A stretch of 64,000 nt of DNA from Candidatus Dormiibacterota bacterium. Lineage in GTDB: Bacteria; Chloroflexota; Dormibacteria; Dormibacterales; Dormibacteraceae. Every line of letters starts with the position of its first letter. The first letter of the stretch is position 1. A model generated the notes under the pieces. The model did no database searches. It worked only from the letters and a program-made list of their open reading frames with translations, and was not told the origin of the DNA. Positions 18,398 to 27,043 of the stretch are shown here, in pieces. The DNA lies in contig DASUVY010000046.1 of NCBI GenBank assembly GCA_036378695.1, positions 489-64,488 on the forward strand, written 5' to 3'. A program made the position numbers and the translations under genes.

Positions 18398-20365
18398 CTA
18401 GTGCCCGTTGTGATGCACGTGGTGACCGACATGAGACATGGGTACGTCCAGCGACGGGTTGCCGTCGAAGAAGCCCTGCGGCTGCAGGTGGAAGCCGATG
18501 TACTTGACCGGCATCACCGGCCACTCCTCCGGGCGCACCGGGTGGTGGGCGCCCATCGTGTACCAGAGCACCACGTCGGTGTTCTCCAGCGAGCGGTCGC
18601 CCTTGACGTACTCGGGCAGGCCCGCGCCGCCGGGGTGCTGGTTGGGATAGTCCCCCGCCGCGAACATCTCCTTCTCGTCGTACGCGGTGACCCAGAGATG
18701 GTTCTTGGTGAACTGGGCGCGGGCCAGCGCCGGGGCCTCGGGCTGGTAGAAGGGCAGGATGTTCTCGCCCGGCATCAGCTTGTAGGCGACCGGTTCGCCG
18801 AGGGCGTTGAGCTGGTTGGGATTGGCGATCTTCCAGTAGCGGGCCGCCATGGGCTCAAGCTTTCGCTGGGCCTCCGACTCTTTTGCCAGCAGGCGCTTGT
18901 TGACCACCCACGCGTTGCCGTGGGGGTTCTCCGGACCCGGCGGCACGGCGGCGCTCTCACACTCGTATACCGAGTTCTGCAGGCCGTCGACCATCATGTC
19001 GAGGCGGACGCTGAAGAAGTGCTGGTGGTTGGGGCCGTAGATCCCCGGCGCCACCACCTCGCCGTACTTGGGCTTCTCGCCCGGCGCCACGGCGCCGTTG
19101 GACATGACGCCGGTCATCTTGACCTCGTAGCCGATGCCGCCGTCCTGGTAGAGGTACCAGAAGTAGCCGTACTCGTAGTTGCCGACGGTCGCGATCATCG
19201 AGATCACCAGCCGCCGCGAGCGCCGGACCTCGGTGGCGCCCGTCCGGAAGTCCATGTGCTTCCAGAGGATCCCGTAGTCCTCCTCGTGCATGCAGATCGC
19301 GTTCTTCAAGACCAGCGGATTGCCGTCGTTGTCGTTGACGACGCCGTCGAAGTAGCGGATCTCCCCCAGGCAGTCGCAGCCCAGTTCGAGGCTGTTGGCA
19401 AGCATCCCGATGCCGTACTCGCCCATGTCGAACACGTTCTTGCGGTGATGCGTGGGCGCGGGGTCGCCGTAGGGGATGAACATCTCGGACAGCGAGGCGC
19501 GGTAGAGGATCGGCCGCTCGCGTCCCTTGTCGTTATAGGACAGCGTGTACAGGACCAGCCCTTCACGAGGCGTGAACCCGATCCGGAAGCTCCACTTCTG
19601 CCAGCGCACCAACCGGCCCTGCACCTCGAAGCTAGTGCCCTCAGGTTGCGTGATCTCGATCGGCTTCAGGTCGCTGCGTGGACCGTCCGGGAAGTGAGGG
19701 AAGTTCTGGGGATCGCTGATGCGGTCGGATTCGTAGTTGGCCTTGGCCTCGGGGATGGGCACGATCCCGTGGTCCTCGAGCTCGACCACCTGGTTGGTGT
19801 CGAGGTCGAACTTCACGACCAGCCCCTCGACGGGGCGCGCGTAGGCGAATTCGCCCTCGCCCGTACGGAGCCAGGTCAGCGGCCGGACGAATCGGCCTTG
19901 CTGCGGATCGTCGGCGGAGCTGTTCCAGCCCACCGACCACGGATCCAGGATGGCCAGGTCGAAGTCGGTGACGCCCCGCTTGCGCATGGCCTCCTGCCAG
20001 CGGGGATCCTGCCGCACCGCCTCGTCGGCGGCCATGAACTCCTCGAGCATGATCGAGGGCTGCACTTCGTCCAGGCGCTTGAAGGAGACGACCTTCTCCT
20101 CGGTGAGAGAGACCACGGCCTCGTAGGTCGTCTTCTCGGCGCGCTCGCGAATCGCGATAAAGGCCTGTCGGTCAACGCCGCCGTTGCCCTGGTAGGAAAG
20201 GACCGCCTGCTTGTCCGGCTCCATGAGGGAGACATAGACGAAGCGGGCGCTGTCTTTGAGACCTTCCTCCCGCTTCAGAATTCCGGACGCCGCCGAAATC
20301 TCTTCCGGCGTCAGCGGGTCCAGCGGGTGCGTTACACCCGCCGAAGTCTTGGGCGCCGTTTGCAT
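18398..20365 (-). CDS. Copper-containing primary amine oxidase (topaquinone enzyme)
   Basis: 655 aa with the TPQ consensus NYEY (TVGNYEYGYFWY) and conserved His copper ligands. Confidence 0.9.
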   Translation of the reverse strand: MQTAPKTSAGVTHPLDPLTPEEISAASGILKREEGLKDSARFVYVSLMEPDKQAVLSYQGNGGVDRQAFIAIRERAEKTTYEAVVSLTEEKVVSFKRLDEVQPSIMLEEFMAADEAVRQDPRWQEAMRKRGVTDFDLAILDPWSVGWNSSADDPQQGRFVRPLTWLRTGEGEFAYARPVEGLVVKFDLDTNQVVELEDHGIVPIPEAKANYESDRISDPQNFPHFPDGPRSDLKPIEITQPEGTSFEVQGRLVRWQKWSFRIGFTPREGLVLYTLSYNDKGRERPILYRASLSEMFIPYGDPAPTHHRKNVFDMGEYGIGMLANSLELGCDCLGEIRYFDGVVNDNDGNPLVLKNAICMHEEDYGILWKHMDFRTGATEVRRSRRLVISMIATVGNYEYGYFWYLYQDGGIGYEVKMTGVMSNGAVAPGEKPKYGEVVAPGIYGPNHQHFFSVRLDMMVDGLQNSVYECESAAVPPGPENPHGNAWVVNKRLLAKESEAQRKLEPMAARYWKIANPNQLNALGEPVAYKLMPGENILPFYQPEAPALARAQFTKNHLWVTAYDEKEMFAAGDYPNQHPGGAGLPEYVKGDRSLENTDVVLWYTMGAHHPVRPEEWPVMPVKYIGFHLQPQGFFDGNPSLDVPMSHVGHHVHHNGH

Positions 20366-20466
20366 GCCACCACCCCCGTGTGTGAGCCGAATGCGCGCAA
20401 AGCGAGAGTAGTCTCGGAAACCGCTTTCGTCAAACGCCGCCGGCGCGCGTCAGAAACTAAGGTGAC

Positions 20467-21219
20467 GTGATGATTCGAGTGCTGCTGAGCGGTCACCGGG
20501 GCAAGGTCGGCGCCGCCCTGGTGCCGGCGCTGACGGCGGCCGACGACATCGACTACGTGGGCGGCGTGGGCCGCCAGGACGACCTCGAGGACGCGCTCGC
20601 GGCGCACCGTCCGGACGTGCTGGTCGACTTCACGCATCCGGCGGCCGGCCTCGACAACGCGCTGGCGGCGGTGGCGGCCGGCGCGGCGCCGGTGGTGGGC
20701 ACCTCCGGCATCCCCGCCGCGGGGGTGGAGCGGCTGGAGAGGGCCTGCGCGGAGCGCGGTTTGGGCGGCATCGTGGCACCCAACTTCGCGGTGGGAGCGG
20801 TGCTGATGATGTGGCTGGCGGAGCGTGCGGCGCCCTACTTCGACGCCGCCGACGTGATCGAACGCCACCACGCGGCCAAAGCCGACGCCCCCTCGGGGAC
20901 GGCGGTGGCCACCGCCCGGCGGATGGCCGAAGCGCGCGGGGAGCTGCCGTTCGCGTACTCGCGCACCGAGAAGGTGGTTCTGGAGGGCGCCCGCGGCGCT
21001 GAGAGCGGGGGCGTGGCCGTGCACTCGGTGCGCCTGCCCGGCGTGCTGGCCGACCAGGAGATCGTCTTCGGCCTGCCCGGGCAGACGCTCAGCATCGCCC
21101 ACCGCACCATCTCGCGCGACTGCTACGCGCCCGGCGTGCTGCTGGCGATCCGCCGGGTGGCGGCCGGCCCGGGCTTCTTCCGCGGTTTGGAGCCCCTACT
21201 CGGCCTCGCCGTCCCGTAA
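20467..21219 (+). CDS. dapB: 4-hydroxy-tetrahydrodipicolinate reductase
   Basis: RVLLSGHRGKVG N-terminal Rossmann fold, ERHHAAKADAPSGTA motif, 250 aa. Confidence 0.9.
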   Translation: MMIRVLLSGHRGKVGAALVPALTAADDIDYVGGVGRQDDLEDALAAHRPDVLVDFTHPAAGLDNALAAVAAGAAPVVGTSGIPAAGVERLERACAERGLGGIVAPNFAVGAVLMMWLAERAAPYFDAADVIERHHAAKADAPSGTAVATARRMAEARGELPFAYSRTEKVVLEGARGAESGGVAVHSVRLPGVLADQEIVFGLPGQTLSIAHRTISRDCYAPGVLLAIRRVAAGPGFFRGLEPLLGLAVP

Positions 21220-21223
21220 CCGC

Positions 21224-21281
21224 CCTTTTCATGAAGAAGGCCCCGGGGCCGCAGCGGGAGGCAGCCGATTTCATGAAAAGG
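21224..21281. repeat. Inverted repeat with an A/T-core palindrome (CCTTTTCATGAA ... TTCATGAAAAGG) between dapB and asd
   Basis: 12-nt arms at 21224-21235 and 21270-21281 are perfectly complementary. The centre holds GGCCCCGGGGCC and GCGGGAGGCAGCCGATT, which resembles the centre of the 14061 element. Confidence 0.65.
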
Positions 21282-21309
21282 CCCCGAACCCGGCCACTAA
21301 ACTTGGCCT

Positions 21310-22335
21310 ATGCCTCCCCCCGCCGGTGAATTGAACATTGCCGTCGTCGGCGCGACCGGCATGGTCGGCCAGGAGATGCTGCGCATCCTGGCGCAGCGGG
21401 GGGTCGCCGCCAAGCGGGTGAAGGCGCTGGCCTCCGAACGCTCGCAAGGGCTGGAGGTGGGCTACGACGGCACCCGGCTCCCGGTCGGGGTTTTGGACGA
21501 CCACGCCTTCGACGGCGTCGAGCTGGCCCTCTTCATGGCGAGCGGCGACGTCTCGCTGCGCTACGCGCCGGTCGCGGCCGAGGCGGGCGCGCTGGTCGTG
21601 GACAACTCCAGCGCGTGGCGCATGAAGGAGAACGTGCCCCTGGTGGTGCCGGAGGTCAACCCCGAGGACATCCGCGACAACGAGGGCATCATCGCCAACC
21701 CCAACTGCTGCGCCATCCCATTGACCGTGGTGCTCAAGCCGATCCAGGATCGGGCCGGGCTGGGGCGGGTGCTGGTCTCGACCTACCAGTCGGCCAGCGG
21801 CGCCGGCAAGGCGCTGGTCGAGGAGCTCGAGGACCAAACGCGTGCGATCGCGGACGGCCGGACGCCCGAGGTCAGCGTGTACAGCCACCAGCTGGCGCAC
21901 AACGTTGTCCCCGGCGGCTGGAAGCCGGAAGCCGAGGGCTACAACGAGGAAGAGGTCAAGATCGTCAACGAGTCGCGCAAGATCCTCCACGAGCCTCAGC
22001 TGAGGATCACCGCGAACTGCGTGCGCGTTCCCGTGCCTGTGGGCCATGGCGAGTCGGTGTTCGTGGAGACCCGCGACATGATCTCCGCCGAGCAGGTGCG
22101 CGAGCTTCTAGGCTCGGCGCCCGGCGTCATCGTGCAGGACGACCCCCACGCCAAGCTGTACCCGACGCCCCACGAGGTGGCGGGCCGCGACGAGGTCTAC
22201 GTGGGCCGCATCCGCAACGACCTCTCGGCCAGCCGCGGTGTGGTGCTCTGGGTGGTGGCCGACAACCTGCGCAAGGGCGCCGCGCTCAACGCTTGGCAGG
22301 TGGCCGAAAAGGCCGTAGAGATGGGAGTGATTTAG
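21310..22335 (+). CDS. asd: Aspartate-semialdehyde dehydrogenase
   Basis: VVGATGMVGQ and the active-site region IANPNCC, 341 aa. Confidence 0.92.
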   Translation: MPPPAGELNIAVVGATGMVGQEMLRILAQRGVAAKRVKALASERSQGLEVGYDGTRLPVGVLDDHAFDGVELALFMASGDVSLRYAPVAAEAGALVVDNSSAWRMKENVPLVVPEVNPEDIRDNEGIIANPNCCAIPLTVVLKPIQDRAGLGRVLVSTYQSASGAGKALVEELEDQTRAIADGRTPEVSVYSHQLAHNVVPGGWKPEAEGYNEEEVKIVNESRKILHEPQLRITANCVRVPVPVGHGESVFVETRDMISAEQVRELLGSAPGVIVQDDPHAKLYPTPHEVAGRDEVYVGRIRNDLSASRGVVLWVVADNLRKGAALNAWQVAEKAVEMGVI

Positions 22336-22337
22336 AG

Positions 22338-23246
22338 ATGGCGACCAACATCGGGCGGCTGCTCACCGCGATGCTCACCCCGTTCACCGCGGACGGCGCG
22401 ATCGACTACGGCAAGGTCGGCGAGCTGGCGGGGCTGCTGTGTGAGGACGGCTCCGACGGCGTGGTCGTGTTCGGCACCACCGGCGAGGCGCCCACGCTCA
22501 GCGACCAGGAGAAGATCGAGCTGGTGCGTGTGGTGCGCGCCGCCATCCCGGGCAAGAACGTGGTCGCCGGCGCCGGCACCAACAGCACCCACCACTCGGT
22601 CGAGCTGGGCGAGAAGGCTATGCAGGCTGGCGCCGACGCGCTGCTGGCCGTGGTGCCCTACTACAACAAGCCGCCCCAGGAGGGCATGCTCCAGCATTTC
22701 AAGGCCATCTCCGAGGTCGGCCCCACGATCATGTACAACATCCAGGGCCGCACGGCCATCAACATGACCGTGCAGACCACGCTCCGCTGCGCCGAGCTGC
22801 CCGGCATCCTGGGCGTCAAGGAGGCCAGTGGCTCCCTCGACCAGATGAGCCTGATCTGCGCGGCCAAGCCGGAGCGCTTCCGAGTCTGGGCCGGCGACGA
22901 CGGCATCACGCTGCCGCTGCTGGCGGTCGGCGGCTACGGGGTGATCTGCGTGGTCAGCCACCTGGCGGGCGGCTCGATGAAGCGGATGATCGAGGCCTAC
23001 CTGGCGGGCGACGTGGCGACGGCGCGCGACATCCACCTGCGCCTGTCGCCGGTCATCAACGCGCTCATGACTACGGCAGCCAACCCCGTGCCGGTGAAGA
23101 TGGTCGTCAACGAGCTGGGCTTCAAGGCCGGTCCCTTCCGGCTGCCGCTGACGCCGCTCAGCGACGAGGAGCTGGGCAAGGTCATGAAGACCGTGCGCGC
23201 CGCCGGCGACGTCATCACGTTTAAGCCGGGGGTCAAGGTCGCCTAG
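22338..23246 (+). CDS. dapA: 4-hydroxy-tetrahydrodipicolinate synthase
   Basis: ATG at 22338 inside the listed 21615 ORF. TAMLTPF...GTTGEAPTLS and YNKP motifs. Confidence 0.92.
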   Translation: MATNIGRLLTAMLTPFTADGAIDYGKVGELAGLLCEDGSDGVVVFGTTGEAPTLSDQEKIELVRVVRAAIPGKNVVAGAGTNSTHHSVELGEKAMQAGADALLAVVPYYNKPPQEGMLQHFKAISEVGPTIMYNIQGRTAINMTVQTTLRCAELPGILGVKEASGSLDQMSLICAAKPERFRVWAGDDGITLPLLAVGGYGVICVVSHLAGGSMKRMIEAYLAGDVATARDIHLRLSPVINALMTTAANPVPVKMVVNELGFKAGPFRLPLTPLSDEELGKVMKTVRAAGDVITFKPGVKVA

Positions 23247-23280
23247 CACTTCCGCGGAGCTCGAGCTCCTGCACACGCAG

Positions 23281-23877
23281 GTGCTCGCCTGCAGCCGGTG
23301 CGGCCTGCACGCCACCCGCACGCAGGCCGTGCCCGGCACCGGTCCCTGTCCGGCCGACGTGATGGTGGTGGGCGAGGCGCCCGGCTTCAACGAGGACGTC
23401 CAGGGACTGCCCTTCGTGGGCGCCGCCGGCAAGCTGCTGGACAAGCTGCTGGAGCGCATCGGCCTGGGCCGCGACAGCGTCTACATCACCAACGTGTTGA
23501 AGTGCCGGCCGCCGCAGAACCGGGACCCCATGCCCAACGAGGCCGAGGCCTGCCTGCCCTACCTGCGCGCCCAGTACAAGCTGGTGCAGCCGAAGGCGGT
23601 GCTCATCCTCGGGCGCCATGCGCTGGAGCGGATGCTGCCCGGCGTGGGCTCTATCAGCCGCGTGCACGGCCAGATCTTCATGCGCGGCGGGGTGGCCTTC
23701 ATGCCCGTCTATCACCCGGCGGCGGCGCTGCACAACGGCTCCCTGGTGCGCGACCTGGAGCAGGACTTCGACAAGGTGCGCGGTTATCTGGACGAGGTGC
23801 TGAAGCCGCCCGAGCCGGAACCACTGGCCGAACCCGAACCGGAACCGTCCGCGGAGCAGCTCTCGCTCCTGAATTAG
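23281..23877 (+). CDS. Uracil-DNA glycosylase, family 4 (4Fe-4S); true start probably upstream of 23281
   Basis: CSRCGL...VPGTG...VMVVGEAPG...PFVGAAGKLL motifs. The family-typical N-terminal helix SAELELLHTQ lies upstream of the first canonical start. Confidence 0.85.
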   Translation: MLACSRCGLHATRTQAVPGTGPCPADVMVVGEAPGFNEDVQGLPFVGAAGKLLDKLLERIGLGRDSVYITNVLKCRPPQNRDPMPNEAEACLPYLRAQYKLVQPKAVLILGRHALERMLPGVGSISRVHGQIFMRGGVAFMPVYHPAAALHNGSLVRDLEQDFDKVRGYLDEVLKPPEPEPLAEPEPEPSAEQLSLLN

Positions 23878-23898
23878 GTTGTACGGCTTACGGGATGA

Positions 23899-24060
23899 GG
23901 CGACAGATCGGCTGAGGTGCCCCAGATGCAAGGCGGCGCCGAGCACCGCAGCGAGCGCAGCGGTAGCTGCGTGAGTGAGGAGCGCAGAAGCCAAGGCCGC
24001 AGATGGGGTGCATCAGCCGAGTCCGCCAGGATGACCGGCGTTCAAGCCGGTCACTGTCGC
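23899..24060. repeat. Structured intergenic element, copy 1 (long imperfect hairpin with a conserved 40-nt apical core)
   Basis: The core at 23953-23992 matches 45141-45180 at 33 of 40 positions (hand count). Nested arms: GGCGACAG/CTGTCGCC (23899/24053) and TCGGCTGA/TCAGCCGA (23908/24013). Confidence 0.6.
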
Positions 24061-24086
24061 CACATCCTGTGAGCCGGACAACCTAG

Positions 24087-25730
24087 GTGAAGCTGCGCTA
24101 CGTCCCCCTGGGCGGCCTCGGCGAGGTCGGCCTCAACATGTGGGCCCTCGAGTGGGAGGGGCAGGTCCTGGTGATCGACGCGGGCCTCATGTTCCCGACC
24201 GAGGAGATGCTGGGCGTCGACCTGGTCATCCCGGACGTCTCCTGGCTGCTGGAGGAGGGCCGGCACGTGCTGGGCATCTTCCTGACCCACGGTCACGAGG
24301 ACCACATCGGCGCGCTGCCCTTCGTGCTCAAGCGCCTGAACGTCCCTGTGTACGGAACCCGCATGACGCTGGGCCTCGCCCGCCACCGCCTCAAGGAGCA
24401 CCGGATCCTCCGCGAGTCGGACCTGCGCGAGGTGCGCGCCGGCGACCGGGTGCAGCTGGGGCCGTTCCGGGTGGAGACGGTGGCGGTCTGCCACAGCATC
24501 CCGGACGGGGTGGCCCTCGCCATCCAGACCCCGGTGGGCAGGGTGGTCTACACCAGCGACTTCAAGCTCGACCCCGACCCTCTGTATGGTCCGCCGACCG
24601 ACCTCGAGCGCTTCCGCAAGCTCGGCGCCGAGGGCGTGCTGCTGCTACTCAGCGACTCCACCAACGCCGAGCGGCCTGGCGTCAGCGGGAAGGAGCGCGA
24701 CCTGGTGCCGGTATTCGAGGAGATCTTCCGGGACGCGCCGGGCCGCATCGTGGTCTGCACCTTCGCGTCCAACATCCACCGCATCCAGCAGGTGCTCTCC
24801 CTGGCGGCCCGGCATGGGCGCCGGCTGGCGATCGTGGGCCGCAGCATCCAGAACGCCTTCCAGACCGCGCGCGAGCTCGGTCATCTCGAGGTGCCGCCGG
24901 GCGTGGTCGCGCGCATCGAGGACCTGGCCGATGACCCCCGCGCCGTGCTGCTGAGCGCGGGCAGCCAGGGCGAGCCGCTCTCCGCGCTTTCGCGCTTCGC
25001 GGCACAGCGTCACAACCTGGTCAACGTGCAGGCCGGCGATTGGGTGCTGCTCTCGGCGCGACCGATCCCGGGCAACGAGCGGCTCGTCAACCGGACGGTC
25101 AACAACCTGTACCGGCACGGCGCGCGCGTCTTCTCTGCTGACACCGACCACGTACATGTATCCGGCCACGCCCACCGCGGCGAGCTGCGCGAGCTGCTGG
25201 ACGCGGTGCGCCCGCGCTTTTTCATCCCGGTGCACGGCGAGTACCGGCAGCTGGTCATGCACGCCGACCTGGCCCGCGAGGCCGGACTGCCACCCGAGCG
25301 CGTGCTGGTGGTGGAGGACGGGCGCGCGGTGAACCTGACCGCCGAGACCATGAGCGCCGGCGAGGAGATCAGCGCGGGCTTCGTGTTCGTGGACGGCGTG
25401 GGCATCGGCGATGTGGAGCGGGTGGTGCTGCGCGACCGCCGGCATCTCGCCAACGACGGGATCTTGGTGGTGACGGTGGCCGTGGACCGTGAGAATGGGG
25501 CCGTGCTGTCCGGCCCCGAGCTCGTCTCGCGAGGCTTCATCGAGAAGGAGACGTCGGAGGAGCTGATGCGCGGTGCCCGCCAGGAAGTCCTGGACACGGT
25601 GCGCAAGTTCCAGGGCGGGCGTCCGGATGTGGAGATCCTGCGGGATGCGGTGCGCGAGGCCGCCTCGCGCTTCCTGCACAGGCGCACCCGGCGGCGGCCG
25701 ATGGTGATCCCAGTCATCACCGAGATATGA
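24087..25730 (+). CDS. rnj: Ribonuclease J
   Basis: 547 aa with the metallo-beta-lactamase HGHEDHIGALP motif, a beta-CASP region and a C-terminal domain. Confidence 0.92.
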   Translation: MKLRYVPLGGLGEVGLNMWALEWEGQVLVIDAGLMFPTEEMLGVDLVIPDVSWLLEEGRHVLGIFLTHGHEDHIGALPFVLKRLNVPVYGTRMTLGLARHRLKEHRILRESDLREVRAGDRVQLGPFRVETVAVCHSIPDGVALAIQTPVGRVVYTSDFKLDPDPLYGPPTDLERFRKLGAEGVLLLLSDSTNAERPGVSGKERDLVPVFEEIFRDAPGRIVVCTFASNIHRIQQVLSLAARHGRRLAIVGRSIQNAFQTARELGHLEVPPGVVARIEDLADDPRAVLLSAGSQGEPLSALSRFAAQRHNLVNVQAGDWVLLSARPIPGNERLVNRTVNNLYRHGARVFSADTDHVHVSGHAHRGELRELLDAVRPRFFIPVHGEYRQLVMHADLAREAGLPPERVLVVEDGRAVNLTAETMSAGEEISAGFVFVDGVGIGDVERVVLRDRRHLANDGILVVTVAVDRENGAVLSGPELVSRGFIEKETSEELMRGARQEVLDTVRKFQGGRPDVEILRDAVREAASRFLHRRTRRRPMVIPVITEI

Positions 25731-25733
25731 CCA

Positions 25734-25760
25734 CCCCACGAAATCTGCGATTTCGCGGGG
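25734..25760 (+). terminator. Hairpin directly after rnj (no U-tract)
   Basis: CCCCACGAAATC-TGC-GATTTCGCGGGG, with 11 of 12 stem positions paired. Confidence 0.4.
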
Positions 25761-25775
25761 ACCCCGGATGACCGC

Positions 25776-26666
25776 GTGAAGTTGCCGCCGATGGCGCTCA
25801 CCGCGCCATCACTCTGCCCGCGCTGCGACGCGCCCGCGATCATGACCGACCACTGCATCCAGTGCGCCCTGCCGCTGCGCCAGTGCGGCTCCTGCCAGGG
25901 CATCGCCGGTCCTTTCGACCGGTACTGCGGGTTCTGCGGTTACGAGCTCGTGCAGGGCGCGCGCCGGGCGCCTCTGTGGCGCCTGTGGCTGCTGGCCGCG
26001 CTGATCCCATTGGCCGCCGGGATCGCCTTCGGCTTCTCGCCCTGGGCCCGGCCCGCCGCCCACACCGTGGCCGGCATAGTGGGCAACCCGGAGCCGACGC
26101 CCAATCCCGCCACCAGCACCCAGCTGCGCAGCGACAGCCTGGCCTTCTCCTACGCCGCCCCCAAGGCCTGGTTCGAGACCGACTACAGCCGCGCCGCCGA
26201 CCCGACCCAGGCGCAGCCATACGTGGTGGTGGTCCACTACGAGCCGGACGGGCCCAAGGTGCCCGCGGCCAAGGGCGACCTGCTGCAGGTCAAGGGCCAG
26301 GCCGCGATCGTCCTGCGGGGGCGGCCGGCGGGGTCGCCGCCGCCGGCCGTCGACCCCTCCGACCCGCAGGCGGTGCTGGCCGCCGAGGTGGCGCCCCTCG
26401 TCGCCGCGCCGCCGACCGGGCTCAAGTTCGACGTGGTCACGCCGGTCCACGCTCTGACGATCAATGGACGCCCGGCGGCGGCCGTCGTCTTGCGCCTGAC
26501 GCGCGACAGCGGCACCTACTACCTGGAGCGCGCCTACATCGCCTCGCCTACGCCCGGGCGGCCCCCGCTGTTCGTCGTCTCGGCCCTGGTGCCCGGCAAC
26601 GACTGGGACAGCGCCGGTGACAACCAGCGCGTGGACCAGTTACTGCGCTCGGTGAAGCTCTCGTAG
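25776..26666 (+). CDS. Double zinc-ribbon membrane-anchored protein, function unknown
   Basis: N-terminal CPRC...CIQC...CGSC...CGFCGYEL zinc ribbons, one TM segment, then an extracytoplasmic domain. Confidence 0.6.
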   Translation: MKLPPMALTAPSLCPRCDAPAIMTDHCIQCALPLRQCGSCQGIAGPFDRYCGFCGYELVQGARRAPLWRLWLLAALIPLAAGIAFGFSPWARPAAHTVAGIVGNPEPTPNPATSTQLRSDSLAFSYAAPKAWFETDYSRAADPTQAQPYVVVVHYEPDGPKVPAAKGDLLQVKGQAAIVLRGRPAGSPPPAVDPSDPQAVLAAEVAPLVAAPPTGLKFDVVTPVHALTINGRPAAAVVLRLTRDSGTYYLERAYIASPTPGRPPLFVVSALVPGNDWDSAGDNQRVDQLLRSVKLS

Positions 26667-26667
26667 G

Positions 26668-26687
26668 GGCGGGGCTCGCCCCGCCCG
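26668..26687. terminator. GC hairpin between convergent genes
   Basis: GGGCGGGG-CTCG-CCCCGCCC. The stem sequence is nearly the same as the hairpin at 16816. Confidence 0.45.
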
Positions 26688-26993
26688 TCAGAGGCCCGTC
26701 CGGTTCAGCTGGGTCCCGCACTCCACGCAGAAGGTGTGGCGGGTGAGGTTGTGGTGCCCGCAGCGCTGGCAGACCAGGCGGCGCGGCGGCTCCGCGGGGA
26801 CCCAGCGCTCCCGGTCGTGGCGATACCAGCTGCCATCCTCCGGCCCCAGCACCCAGGACCGCCCCTCGCCGTCGACCACGGCCAGCCCGCGCACCGCCGC
26901 TCTGAATGCCCTGGCATCGAGCACACCCCTCCGGCGCTCATCCTGGAGGGTGCGGAAGCGGTGCTCGGCCATACCGAACGGGTCGACTGCCAC
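26688..26993 (-). CDS. Small protein with a C-terminal zinc ribbon, function unknown
   Basis: 101 aa ending in CQRCGHHN...CVECG. Confidence 0.55.
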   Translation of the reverse strand: MAVDPFGMAEHRFRTLQDERRRGVLDARAFRAAVRGLAVVDGEGRSWVLGPEDGSWYRHDRERWVPAEPPRRLVCQRCGHHNLTRHTFCVECGTQLNRTGL

Positions 26994-27043
26994 CGGCTGA
27001 TCCTATAAAGTCCGCTGCAGGCAGTCCCGCAACCGTCCCACAC

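Noticed and set aside
20410-20440. GAAA-CCGC-TTTC palindrome in the amine-oxidase/dapB divergent region as a LexA-like or other operator
   Set aside because: It is only a 4+4 palindrome, does not match the GAAC/GTTC box used elsewhere in the window, and is too short to distinguish from chance without a genome-wide scan.
17288-20470. 1060-aa plus-strand ORF spanning the permease and amine oxidase region
   Set aside because: It is antisense to two clearly recognisable minus-strand genes. The translation is low-complexity (Arg/Gly/Asp/His-rich) with no motifs. This is a typical GC-driven shadow ORF.
21231-21330. Small ORF MKKAPGPQREAADFMKRPRTRP... starting in the dapB-asd palindromic element
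   Set aside because: Its ATGs are simply the CATG centres of the palindromes. It has no SD and it runs into asd out of frame.
23925-24083. 52-aa ORF (MQGGAEHRSERSG...) inside the structured repeat at 23899-24060
   Set aside because: It has no SD. The homologous copy at 45062-45238 has stops in the corresponding frames, so conservation is at nucleotide or structure level and not at protein level.
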